Source of the DNA: Tricharina praecox
Taxonomy: Eukaryota
Direction of reading: 5' to 3'
DNA: 64,000 nt
Assembly: GCF_024521635.1 (NCBI RefSeq)
Contig: NW_026250419.1
Coordinates: 682,001-746,000 of the forward strand
The translations under genes were made by a program, and so were the position numbers. Below, piece after piece: positions 40,356 through 51,649 of the stretch. Positions within the stretch are counted from its first letter, which is position 1. Every line of letters begins with the position of its first letter. The notes under the pieces are model-generated. The model did not search any database. It was not told the origin of the DNA and saw nothing but the letters and a program-made list of their open reading frames with translations.

Positions 40356-41451
40356 TTACTTCTTGAGCTTGGAAAATACATTTTGCCACAGCTCGCTCTC
40401 CTCGCCCACGAAATACGTCAACTCCACATCTGCAAATCCCACCTCGCCCTCGCCAGCCATACCCTCTAGTTGACTGATAACATTCTGCAGTAGCATCGCC
40501 TTTCCCGCGGCCTGGCCACCTCCACCGTCATGCGAGATCGCAACGGCATGAATGTGGAAATGGTAGTAGGAGGGTTGATCTAACGCTCTATTAGTAAATG
40601 CTCCTGTATTGAGGATCGATAGAAATATCCCACAGTGAATGTAGAGTCGGATTTGATCCGCTTCAATCCCGGAATACTTGTCACAGATTCCTTCTAGGAT
40701 CTTCTTCTGAAGTCTGCGCAACCAGGGGACGTCTTTCTTCTTCAAGTCTCGGACCGATGTGATGTCCCTTCTGAGAACCAGTGCCATCGTGTATAAGCTG
40801 CTCATGGTTCTTCTATCCCACTTCCTGTCTCACCGTTAGAAAACATGCAGTGCGTCCAGCCAGCCAGCTTCAACGTACAGATCCGGAAGTAACATGAACC
40901 CCTCCTGCTCATCAGTATCCTCAATGATGATGCTCTCGCTCTCCCTCTTCTTCTCAAGGACATTGTAAACCCAGTTCAGCCTTCCACCCCCTCTCTTCGA
41001 ACTGACGTACGGCAAGACATGCTCTCGATATATCTCTGGCGTCTCTGTAACCATCCTGAGGCTCTGGACTGAATACTTCCGGATATGCGTTTCCGTGGCC
41101 GGAAATATCAGCGTCAGCTTCGCCTCCGCATGCCTAGGCAGCTCTCCGGTGGCTTGGGAAGCCAGGAACCAGTGGTATATATCGTTCCGCTCGACTAGAG
41201 ACAAAGCCGACAAGTGACTGGGCTGTGAGAAGGACTCTAGAAACTCAGGGTCCGTGGTGAAAGCTGTCTTCTCGGCGATGACAATGGCGGATTGAGAATC
41301 GATCTTTCCAAGAAGATTGACGGTTTTGGTGCGCGTGTCTATGTTATTCAATTATGCTTGAGCTTTCTGACAGGCATGAACGGTTGTTACCTTGGTTGAG
41401 GAGACGCCCAAAGACGAAGCTTCTTAACAATTTCTCTTCGGGGGACTCCAT
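40356..41451 (-). CDS. DCS1: m7GpppX diphosphatase (scavenger decapping enzyme DcpS), 4 exons
   Basis: NDIYHWF, KLTLIFPATETHIRKYS, VTETPEIY, LNWVYNVLE, LLPDLKWDR and the HIT-like motif YIHYQPSYYHFHIH after removing a 54-nt intron. Confidence 0.95.
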
Positions 41452-41673
41452 ATCGATGTTTTTGACCCGATGGATTGTGGTCGGCACTTGTGAATGTTAA
41501 ATGCTGGGGCAACTACTAGTGTGTATTCTAGTTAGCAATAGGGTGGGGTTCTAGCGGGGTAGACAGGCTTGGCCCCATCTAGGATTGACTCAATTTTCTG
41601 GAACGCATGTAACACAGACTGCATCTGCTTGTTCCAAGTTGTGTGCATCTCCGACCCCACGACTCAGCATACA
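41452..41673. promoter_or_regulatory. Probable bidirectional promoter between DCS1 and ATP25
   Basis: Divergent start codons separated by only 222 bp. Confidence 0.6.
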
Positions 41674-44250
41674 ATGGCAGTCCCACAACGCTGCGCCGCC
41701 TGCTCGACAAAACTTCTCGTATCATTCGCGGCAGCATGGGGAGCTCGAATTCGCTCGTCGGTTTCGGTCCTGCCCACGAGACAGTTGCGAGTGGGGACCG
41801 GGGCCAAGCTGTTGCCTGTGAGAGGATTTCACCATACACGGTTGCGGTTGGAGTCTACGTTGCCTGGATCTGCGACTGTTGGGATGGAGAAGGCTGCAGA
41901 GAAGACTGAACATCCGACGAAAACTTACGAGGAAGCAGATGTGCGGCCGGATTCTGCCATAGCCAACGAGTCTACCCCGGAAATAGCAGCACAGTTGAAG
42001 ACCAAGCCAGTGGCCGACACGCCCGGTGGCGAGAAGACTGAAGATCCGACGAAAACTCATGAGGAAGCAGATGTGCAGCCGGATTCTGCCATAGCCGATG
42101 AGTCTACCCCGGAAACAACAGCACAGCTGAAGACCGGACCAGTGGCCGACACTCTCGGCGACATTCCGGTGGAAGTCCAGTTGAATACCGAACCAGTGGC
42201 CCACACGCCTGGCGACACTCCGGTGGAAGCACAGTTGGAGGGTCAAGTAGTGCCCGAGTTCCCCATCAGTTCTCCCGCCGAAGCCAAAGCTCAGTTAGAA
42301 TCCGACACGCCACCCCTCGAGCCCACCAATACTCCGGTCGAAGCGGAAATACTCACGCCCCCGGTCAGACAGCCTACCAGCCCCGCCTGGAAAGGGGACC
42401 CATCAGTCCCGTGGTTCCTCCGTGTCGAAACACCGAAGGCCCCTCGCCACCCGCTTGCCGAACAACAAGTCCTGCCTGAGCTCCCCGAAGACTCGCCACC
42501 GGAACTCTCCGAAGTGCTCAATCAGCTCTTTGAAGATCACGGCATTGCAGACCTCAAGATTCTCGACCTGCGACCGCTTGATCCGCCGCCAGCCATTGGC
42601 ACCACGCTGATGATTCTTGGAACCGCCCGCTCGATCCGCCATTTACATGCCACGGCGGATAAACTCTGCCGATTTATGCGCTCGCAGTACAAGTGGACGC
42701 CGTATGCGGATGGGTTGCTAGGTCGGTACGAGTTGAGACTTATCAATCGCAGGAAACAGAGAAGGGGCAAGGTGGTGTCTACGCAGTTGGGAGAGGTTGA
42801 TGAGGCTGGGAGTGCGGGGTGGGTGTGTGTCAACGGCGGAAACCAGCGGCTCGTGGTGCAGCTGTTTGTCCAGTCCAAACGGGAAGAGATGGACATCGAG
42901 GGACTGTGGGCGCCAATTTTGGGTAGGGCTGAGCGTCACCGGACCGCGGAGGCGGCTCGTAGAGCTGAACGGGAAAGGAAGTGGGCAGAGGAAGATGAGC
43001 AAGCAGCTCAAGTTGAAGAACAGACGAAGGAGGACGACCTTAAGCCGGTTCATGCCCAGTACAGTACTTTGTCAACTGCTGCTACTTCCATTAGCGGTCC
43101 TATGATTCACACGAGGTCATTACACAACTGGGGGTCTCTGGCTTCGGATCCTGCAGTGGCTGCTGAAATGGATGTTACCAATCATGCAACCTTCCCCGAG
43201 TTCCTGAATACAGGCGACCTTAGCACATACCTCTCGACCCTACCACCGCCGTCCGATGATGCCCACTACTCCGTCATCCACCGAGCTCACATCAATGCAC
43301 TGAAATCACCCCTCGTCAAAGCGTCAACCCTCTTAGGAATTGACTTCGATGATCGAGCATCCACGCCGTTCCTTCGAACATTTTACCAGAACCTTCCTTT
43401 CGCGAGTCCTGCTCTCCAGGTCAAATCGGAGCTCGAACTCAAGATTCTAGGCAACATCCACAAGCAAGAAGCCTACCCTATCCGGTCTTTCCAGTACTTT
43501 CTCGAATCGCTTCGAGCCGCCGGCAAACCGGTGCATCCCGAACACTACTACATCATCTTGTCACACCTCGCTGTCTGCCCTGAACTTCGATCGCAATACT
43601 CCCAAGGCTGGCTATCTCATGCCGATAAACGTGTCTCTATGATCAAAAATTATCTGAACCGCCTCTCTCGCTATCTCTCACCCTCGCAATCCGCCCAACT
43701 TTTCAATCGCCCCGAATTCCGCTACGCCACATTCCTTGCCTTCATGAAAGAACCTATTACTCCTGTTCGCGAAGCTATTATTGCTCACGACTCACGGACA
43801 GAACTACAACTCCCCTTCCTTCCGAGAACCTTCACCTTCCACCCGAAAGTCTGGTCCGGTCAGGGCTACGGCTCCCTCTCGGACCCGCCGTATACGTACA
43901 CGCTCAAGCAGCACCATCTGGATTGGCTCACTTCCCTTGGCATCGCCGGGAAATGGAGTCGCCTTTGGAGCGTATGGAAAAAGATTGCCCTCCATGACGT
44001 GCCCAGAACCGCAGAATTCTACAAACTTATCTACGGCCTCGTTGCGGTCGCCGGGAACCAGAAGGAGGCGGTGTACTGTGCTCGCCAGGTGGGATTGGAG
44101 GCGATGGCAAGGGAGGAACCGAAGGTATCATTAGAGATGGGGTTGGCGCGGGCCTTCAAGAAGGTGGTGGAGATGGCAGATGCGGGTGAGGGGAGCGCGG
44201 AGTGGAAACATTGGATGGACATTTGTGATGAGGCGGAGAGAAACACATAA
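41674..44250 (+). CDS. ATP25: Mitochondrial ATPase synthesis protein 25 (RsfS-like domain)
   Basis: Single ORF from ATG 41674 with an Arg/Ser-rich presequence (..VRGFHHTR); VPWFL; DLKILDLRPLDPPPAIGTTLMILGTARSIRHLHATADKLCRFMRSQY..PYADGLLGR; VVQLFVQSKREEMDIEGLW. Confidence 0.85.
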   Translation: MAVPQRCAACSTKLLVSFAAAWGARIRSSVSVLPTRQLRVGTGAKLLPVRGFHHTRLRLESTLPGSATVGMEKAAEKTEHPTKTYEEADVRPDSAIANESTPEIAAQLKTKPVADTPGGEKTEDPTKTHEEADVQPDSAIADESTPETTAQLKTGPVADTLGDIPVEVQLNTEPVAHTPGDTPVEAQLEGQVVPEFPISSPAEAKAQLESDTPPLEPTNTPVEAEILTPPVRQPTSPAWKGDPSVPWFLRVETPKAPRHPLAEQQVLPELPEDSPPELSEVLNQLFEDHGIADLKILDLRPLDPPPAIGTTLMILGTARSIRHLHATADKLCRFMRSQYKWTPYADGLLGRYELRLINRRKQRRGKVVSTQLGEVDEAGSAGWVCVNGGNQRLVVQLFVQSKREEMDIEGLWAPILGRAERHRTAEAARRAERERKWAEEDEQAAQVEEQTKEDDLKPVHAQYSTLSTAATSISGPMIHTRSLHNWGSLASDPAVAAEMDVTNHATFPEFLNTGDLSTYLSTLPPPSDDAHYSVIHRAHINALKSPLVKASTLLGIDFDDRASTPFLRTFYQNLPFASPALQVKSELELKILGNIHKQEAYPIRSFQYFLESLRAAGKPVHPEHYYIILSHLAVCPELRSQYSQGWLSHADKRVSMIKNYLNRLSRYLSPSQSAQLFNRPEFRYATFLAFMKEPITPVREAIIAHDSRTELQLPFLPRTFTFHPKVWSGQGYGSLSDPPYTYTLKQHHLDWLTSLGIAGKWSRLWSVWKKIALHDVPRTAEFYKLIYGLVAVAGNQKEAVYCARQVGLEAMAREEPKVSLEMGLARAFKKVVEMADAGEGSAEWKHWMDICDEAERNT

Positions 44251-44503
44251 TGTATCAAATCTACCTAAGTACTGGGGAGAAGAATGTATACCTAGTACGA
44301 GTGATAATTCAAGACTTAAACTTTCATTGCTTCCATCGGTTCAAACATCCTATACTTCGTCCCCCACCTCCGGTGGTGGACCCTGTAGCAGAAAGCAATA
44401 CATAACATGGCCCAGAATTAGGTATGAAGGGGGGTGCTGTTATACTCTAAGGGTGTAGGTACTCTAGATCGATCCCGGTGAAAGATGTAACCTATGCAAG
44501 CGG

Positions 44504-44620
44504 ATTTGTTTTTGTTTAATCATCATAGCAATCGACCTTAGTGGATCATAACAATTGACCTTGGTGGATCATAGCTGTGTATATGTATGTCCGTGCCCCT
44601 GCTGTCGTTCGGAATCTATA
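44504..44620 (-). mobile_element. About 117 bp LINE-type 3' tail fragment with duplicated hairpin unit and candidate 11-bp TSD
   Basis: Minus strand: GACAGCAGGGGCACGGACATACATATACACAGC TATGATCCACCAAGGTCAATTGT TATGATCCACTAAGGTCGATTGC TATGATGATTAAACAAAAACAAA. Flanks tatgcaagcgg (44493-44503) and tatgctagcgg (44621-44631). Confidence 0.65.
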
Positions 44621-45822
44621 TATGCTAGCGGTCCACCAGCGACGGGGCAGAGAAGCGAGGACGATCATGTGCGTGCACACCTACCTCTTGGCTTCGGAGG
44701 TGCTGCAGGATCGTTCTTCTTTGATACGTCTGCGCCAAACACTCGCCGTAGCTGTCTCAGGATTAGAGCTCGACGCAAGCTTCGAAATGGTCTGCAGGAG
44801 ATGTATGTACCGTATGAAATTTTGGGTCCTCCATGGCTATGGGACACTGGACAATACAGATATGCTACAGAGAGCGTTATATGTACCATGTAGTTATCGA
44901 ACAAACACCCAAGGTGACCGGCATTGTTCACCGGGTCTCTAAACGGCAGTAAGTTTGGTGAGGACAAAAAGGGGATGCTGCATACTTGGTAGGCAAATCC
45001 TAGCGAGAGATGTTATGGATGTTGACCGACATCTGACCACTTGCAAAATGCTGATGGCTGGTTTGTCATCTCAAAGATCAAAATGCATTTCAATTCCAGA
45101 TCAGACTGCCGGAGGACAAGTCAAAATTGGGTTATCTTTTCAACCTTCGTTCCAATTTCTCACTTGCACTTTATTTTAAGCCCTACCAAAAAAAAAGTAT
45201 GTGTAACACGGAACATACCGCTTCTGGAATCTGGATTCCCTCCTAACAATCGACCAGTCCGGGAGCCGTCCGGTCAGATCCTACATCTACGGGGAATACA
45301 TGTGTGGTCGTCAGAAGAACTGGAGTGAAGGTGATAATGAAACCCTCCCATCTGAATGGCGATGTGCATCTCACGTGTGGAATGTTTGCTGCCAAGCCGG
45401 AGAAGTGATCGCCAGTACCACTTATGTCCATCTGGTGGATATTATTCGCTGCACGCTGCCAGGCTTACAGGCTTCGTGAAACGTGAAAGCTACCCGGCCC
45501 ACATACAAGCTTCTCCCGCTCAAAAACAATTCAAACACTGTTCCCGCTCAGCCCCTTGAACCGACACTCACACCTCCTCCTCCCTCCGAGACGGACGAAA
45601 AAGATAAAACGCGAGAGATAGGAGAGATCTGAGAGACATCGCCTCCGAAAGCTCCCTTCTCAAAAACTAAGCTCGATTCCTCTTCGACCTCCGCTTCCAG
45701 AATCGAACAAAGCTCCGCCAGCTCCCTTTCGTCTCGGCATTCTCACTGCTCGACAAAGAGCTCTTCCACGGGCCCCTGCCTGCTAACTTTTTCCGCGACT
45801 GCATGCATTCAACGGCCCTGCG

Positions 45823-47646
45823 ATGATGCCCAGGCACTCTCACGCTCATTCTAATGGGCACGCGTATGCTCCCAGCAATACTTTTTCTATTTCCCCTCAT
45901 AGGTCTGCGTTTCCTCCCCCATTCGCCATACTTTCAGTTGGGGGATGTGTGTAGCTAACGCGAGCGAGCGGCCAGATTTCAACCCAGAACACGACCAGCG
46001 TTACGATGGCGACGGCAATTAATACTCAAGATCGGAGGCATGGCCTTGATCTCTTCCGTCATTCTCCTCCTTATATTTCCTTCCTTCCGGGATATCCTCT
46101 TGCCGTCACTAGGCCTGGGTTTCATCCTACGGGACGACCCGCTACTCAGCACCGTCAGACACTACGATCTTGGCGATGTTCAGGGCACGGCGCGCGGATG
46201 GGAGAAGGGCGAGCGGATTTTGTTCTGTGTTCCTCTCCGTGATGCGGAGGCACATCTTCCAATGTTCTTTGCGCACATGCGTAACTTCACTTATCCGCAC
46301 CACCTGATCGATCTCGCATTCCTGGTGTCGGATTCCAAGGACAAGACGCTGCCGAAGTTGACCGAGTATCTCGAGGCGCTTCAGAACGATCCGGATGATA
46401 AGATTCCCTACGGAGAGATCTCGCTCATCGAGAAGGACTTCGGCCAGAAGGTCAAGCAGGATGTCGAGAACAGACATGGCTTCGCTGCTCAGGCTAGCAG
46501 GAGAAAAACCATGGCCCAGGCTCGCAATTGGCTACTGAGCGCTGCATTGAGGCCGCACCATTCTTGGGTTTACTGGAGGGATGCCGACGTGGAGACTGCT
46601 CCGCCGACTATCCTAGAGGATCTCATGAGGCATAATAAGGATGTCATCGTACCGAGTAGGTCTCATCCGAACATCAACCGGTGATTTGCATTTTGCGCGG
46701 TGATCACAATGGTTTTCTCGGTGCGGGTTACTGACACGGTGGCTCGGAAAAGATGTCTGGCGTCCTCTGCCTGACTGGCTTGGCGGCGAGCAGCCTTACG
46801 ACTTGAATTCCTGGCAAGAATCTGAAACAGCACTCGCCCTTGCCGATACCCTCGATGAGGATGCAGTTATCGTCGAAGGGTACGCCGAATACGCCACCTG
46901 GCGTCCCCACTTGGCCTACCTCCGCGACCCCTACGGTGACCCAGACGTCGAGATGGAAATCGACGGAGTCGGCGGTGTCAGTATCCTGGCCAAGGCCAAA
47001 GTTTTCCGAGCAGGCGTCCACTTCCCCGCCTTCTCGTTCCAGAAACACGCGGAAACGGAAGGTTTCGGCAAGGTACGATATATGCATGCACCATTCCGTC
47101 CGTCCGTCTCCGGGACTGACTGACTAACGCAACGTGCAAACTCGTAGATGGCGAAGCGCATGCGCTTCTCGGTCGTCGGACTCCCGCATTACGTTATCTG
47201 GCATCTCTACGAGCCCTCGGCCGACGACCTCAAGCACATGGAGCGCATGGAGGAAGAGCGCAAGACCAAGGAGGCCGCCGAAAAGGCCGAGAAGGAACGC
47301 ATTGCGAAGCTCCTCGAGAACTACGACATCCCCAAGGACCAGTGGGAGGAAGATAAGCGCAAGATCGATGAGGTCAAGAAGGCTGAGGAACTTAAGAAGG
47401 CCGCGAAGCCGCTTGTCGGAGGCGCCGCCGGACCCCATGCTCATGCGGGCGAGGGCGAAGCTATTGCACCCGTGCAAGATGCCGCTGCCGCAGCCAAGGT
47501 CAATCCTCAGGTTCGTTGAACTCTCCACCCTACCTCCCACCGACCTGGATTGGGAACACATGGCTAACGAACCACCACCACAGGCAAATGAAAACGGACT
47601 CGTCGACACTGCCGGAAATAATGTGGAAAAGAAGGTTGCAGCATAG
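45823..47646 (+). CDS. ANP1: Golgi mannan polymerase subunit, Anp1 family, 5 exons
   Basis: MMPRHSHAHSNGHAYAPSNTFSISPHR|FQPR (intron 45903-45975), one TM segment, ERILFCVPLRD, FTYPHHLIDLAFLVSDSKD, SWVYWRDADVE (DXD), PYDLNSWQES, DGVGGVSILAKA, HAETEGFGKMAKRM. Confidence 0.92.
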
Positions 47647-48101
47647 AGGAGTTGAGTGTAGTGGTTTCGATTCAATCTATATATCATGTGTATTATTGCT
47701 TTTTTTCCTCGCCGCCGCTCTTTGGATGGGATCTATAATGAAAAATCCTTGGGACGAGCTGCTGAAGGAAGGCATTCTGCTATAGATGAGGTGATGGGTA
47801 CCGACTGTACATTATGTGACTTTGCTGCAAAATGCGGTGACTGACTGTAATGTGGTCCTGTAATTTTCTCTTGTACGATTGTTGATACGAAATGGATACA
47901 TTTTTGCCTTTGCTAGGTGCTTTACTGTTCATTTATTGCATACGATCTATCTAAATTGTGGCAATTTGTGTTCCCCTCTGTCCAACGTCCGTCTGCAGTT
48001 TTGATAACGGGCTCGGTGTAGCATTCTAATTCCCCCATTCCCCCATCCCATCCGATCATACACATCTCTATGTCCCGAGCTGGGTTAGTAACGATGCACC
48101 A

Positions 48102-48133
48102 TTTTTTGTTTAATCATTAATTGCATGCCACCG
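48102..48133 (-). mobile_element. About 32 bp LINE-type 3' tail fragment with degenerate candidate TSD
   Basis: Minus strand CGGTGGCATGCAATTAATGATTAAACAAAAAA; flanks aacgatgcacca (48090-48101) and aacgacgcatcca (48134-48146). Confidence 0.5.
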
Positions 48134-48262
48134 AACGACGCATCCAATTGACTGACTGCCCACAGTAGGTGCCAGGAGCGAGTGATATCCCATGTCCCAA
48201 TCACAAACCCAAGTACCGTACGTGGTAAGCAAGTATTCATTAATAGTACACACCCCTTCCCA

Positions 48263-49158
48263 CTACTGCCTCTGATACGTGACCTTAACGATATTATCCC
48301 CGAGGACCATTCCGCCCATGCCCTCTTTAGCGGAAATCGCGCCCTCCAGCGTCTCAAACTCGACGAACGCGATGCCCTTGCGCCCCGGCACCATGCGCAC
48401 CTCTTTGAACGCGTCGAACCGCGAGAACAGCCCAACTAACGTCTCCTCCTCAGTGTCGTCAGGCAGGTCCCGCAGGAATAGTGTCGTGTTCGGCGGTAGG
48501 TACTCGTCCGGAATCTGCGGCGCGGCGGCGGGTGCGGTCGACTTGAGCCCCGCTGGCTTCTTGGGTGCGGCGGTCGGCGCGGCGGGCGCCGCCGCTGCCC
48601 GCGACGACTCCAAAGCGGCTTGCGCTTGTTTGCGTTCTGAGAGGCCACACACGTCAGCCTTCCCCCTCCCACACTCCCCCCCCATACGCAATACGCAAGG
48701 CAAAAGGGAACCCACCCTTCTCAGCCAACCTCCTCCTCTTATGCGCCTCAAACTCTTTACTCTCCTCACCTCCATCCTCCGCATGCTCACGCTTCACCGT
48801 GGCATCGCTGCGGGTGCGGGCGAAGGCGAGGACCATGGGCTTATCGAACAGCGGGAACGCCTGGACCTCGCGGATAGCATTTTCGGCGGACGTGACGCTG
48901 TCGAATACTACGAACGCTTGCCCCTTCGACTTGAGCGACTTCTTCGCCACGATCTCGAGAACGTTGCCGTATTGGCTGAATAGCGCTTGCAAAGATTGCT
49001 TCAAGGGCGCGAGCTTGATGCTTTCTTCGAGGTTGCGGACGTACACGCTGCGTGGGTTAGTGCGGGTTAAGGGAGGAGCGGGGAGGAGGGGGGAGGGGCG
49101 AGTACGTGCAGCCTGGTGGGCCAGAGGCGAGCGCGGTTGTGGGTGGGGCGGCGGCCAT
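48263..49158 (-). CDS. U1A/U2B''-family snRNP protein with two RRMs (probably U1A); exons 49158-49106, 49047-48716, 48636-48263
   Basis: TVYVRNLEE..LFSQYGNVLEIVAKKSLKSKGQAFVVF (RRM1); YLPPNTTLFLRDLP..FKEVRMVPGRKGIAFVEFE (RRM2). Confidence 0.92.
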
Positions 49159-49454
49159 GGCGGTGTGGTGTGGTGGGTTGTGGTGGTGGTGCTGGGTATC
49201 TTGAATTTGGGTGGATTGAGTCCCAAGCTTCAGTTGGAGCTGGGTGCTCGGTTCTTGTCGTTGGGGCGGGTAAATTCCGTTTCCTGAGCCTCAATCCCGC
49301 GAGTGAGAGCACGTGAAGTCAAGTCACAGCCAACCAAACCAGCCAGCTACATACGAGAATGGAACGATGATTACGAGTCTAAGAACGCCCCCAAATCGCG
49401 CACACGCCACAGGCCACAGGCCACACGACACTACGCTCCCTTCGGCCCCAGCGC

Positions 49455-50115
49455 CTAGCTGCCCCCCATCATCCTGCTCAGACCCTCCTCCTCGCCCTCG
49501 GTATCCTCAATCGCATCCTGCTGCGCAATGCACCTCAACACCGTCTTCTTACTTGTCTCCTGCATCTCACCCGCGAGCAGCAGCTCGTCAAGGATGAAAT
49601 ATGCCCGCTGGAAGTTGAAGATGATGTCCAGCTCGCACACGTTGCCGTAGTACTTGTCCATCTGCTCCACGTAGCGGTGCACAATCTCCAGCGTGATCAG
49701 CTCGTTGTCGGTGGCGTCGATACCGGCGATGAAGAAGAGCGACGCGTAGCGGCGGTAGACGACTTTGCTATCTGCGGGGAGAGATACGGGTCAGACGCGT
49801 ACCAGAGAGCGAGGAGGACGGGGGGAGGAACCTTTATATTCGAGGAAGTTGCACATGCGGGTCCGACGTGAGAGGACGAGTGCCGTGACATCCTTGACGA
49901 TCTTGGCTTTGTCTTTTGGGCCGAGGGTAGAGAACCACTTTGCGAGGCGCTGTAGTGGGGGACACGGGTGAGTACGGGCGAGCAGCGAGGGAACTGGGGG
50001 GTGAAACGTACCACCTTGCCTTGTCGCGAAAGGAGGATTAGGTATCTAGATACGATCAGCTTCTTCGTCTCCTCCGCATTGGCGTCGTCAGCTAGAAGAC
50101 TCACTTGAAAGCCAT
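49455..50115 (-). CDS. APS1: AP-1 adaptor complex sigma subunit, 4 exons
   Basis: [98 protein letters not shown]. Confidence 0.95.
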
Positions 50116-50774
50116 AGTGGGCGCGGATGTTGGACGATGCTGTGATGCGATGTGGTGGTGATGGCGGCGAGCGTTTATTTAGGCGGAACTCGAAGCTCAA
50201 GCTCACCGCCGTCGCGCGTGTGGACGTTACTCTAGTTAGTGGGGCTTACTCTGCATCCCCTGCTCTCCCAAGTCTTCAAGCAGCAAGTCCCCCGCCATTC
50301 CGTTATGTAACTGACGGTTGCTTGAGCCTTGCAGCAGAGCAAAAAACCGGAAACAACACCCAGCCAAATGCAGAGAGTGGGGGATGAATTGAATTGCCAT
50401 ATGCGACGCGCGGGCAGCTGGTTTTCTCCAGCAGGCAGCCAGTTTGCACAAGCAAGTACCCAACCATCGATCCATCCAATCGCTCGCCCGAGAAAAGAAA
50501 GGAAAAAAACAAATCGCTCTGCCTGCCAGCTGCCACGTGTAAATGTGCCGGTCTTCTTTCCTTCCTGCCTTCTGTTTCTGCTTATGTCCCCGTGTGATCA
50601 TCGCCCCCGGCCCCATGGACCAAACCGATCATACATTGAACTGACAGAAGCACGACCGAGACAATTCCCCGCAAAGCTTGTCTCTCCGCCCATCGGCGCC
50701 ATAATAGCGCTCCCTCCCTCCCCGCCAGCCCGCTCGCTAATGCTTACCCTCGCCGGCGGCCCCACCATCAAGCC

Positions 50775-51649
50775 ATGCCACCACTGCCAATTCACCACTA
50801 CCCTCCGCCGCAGGGCGCCTCGCCATTCCTAACCGTAATGGCCGTGCTCGCCTTCTTCGCAACCTGCCTCCTCGTCGTCGCGGGCTGGATCCACTGTGTG
50901 TCTGGCCCGTCGCGGCGCGATCACCAGCGCAGCCGTCTCCGGCGACGGAGCAGGAGGGGCGCGACGAGGAGGGTCGGGTTTCAGGGTAACCCATTCCCCA
51001 CTGTACCCCCGTTGACGTGACGTGGGCACTACTCTAACGATGCCGTCCACTAGAATGGTACCATCGTAGGCGGCGCGCGCACTCTGTGTCGTCCCCGATC
51101 ACACCGCAGATGGAGCCGGTGTTTACGTTCCTGCCCTCGCCGCGACGCGGGTCCGCACAGTCCCCGCTGTTCGCTTCCCCCGTCTCGCCCACTGCCGCTG
51201 GGGGTGGCTACGGTACGTTCTTTGCTGCTACTCCGCCGCCTCCGCCGTCGCTCAGCGGGAGCTCCTCTTCCTCCTCCTCCTCGTCGGAGGATGCTGCTAC
51301 TGCTCCACCCCACCCCAATTCCGCGCCCACCCCGCCCACAGGATCCCGTCCCAAACCCCGTCCGCGACGGAGCATGACCCTGCCGCCCACAATCTCCTCC
51401 TCACCTTCCCCCTACACACGCAGCAAAACCCCCTCCTCACCGGTCTCAATGTCTCGCCGGGAGAACAAAAAGGCCGCTCGAAGGAAGTCGACGGGGAGCA
51501 CAGGCGCGCCAAAGGAGTGGACGGGGCTGGGCGTGGGAATGCCAATGCCAATGCCGCTGGGGCTGGGATTGTGGATTGGGTACGATCCTCCGTACCACCA
51601 GAGGGGCCTGGATGTGGTCGTTGAAGAGGCGGGAACCACGCCGCAGTGA
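50775..51649 (+). CDS. Hypothetical single-pass membrane protein with basic and Ser/Pro-rich disordered tail; exons 50775-50985, 51054-51649
   Basis: AAGCCATG start; hydrophobic FLTVMAVLAFFATCLLVVAGWIHCV; a 68-nt intron GTAACC..CTCTAAC..TAG joins two ORF-track ORFs in frame. No family recognised. Confidence 0.6.

Noticed and set aside
40356..40373. SKL near the DCS1 C-terminus; stop-readthrough PTS1 isoforms in general
   Set aside because: SKL is followed by KK, so it is not terminal; no gene here has a TGA-CTA readthrough context.
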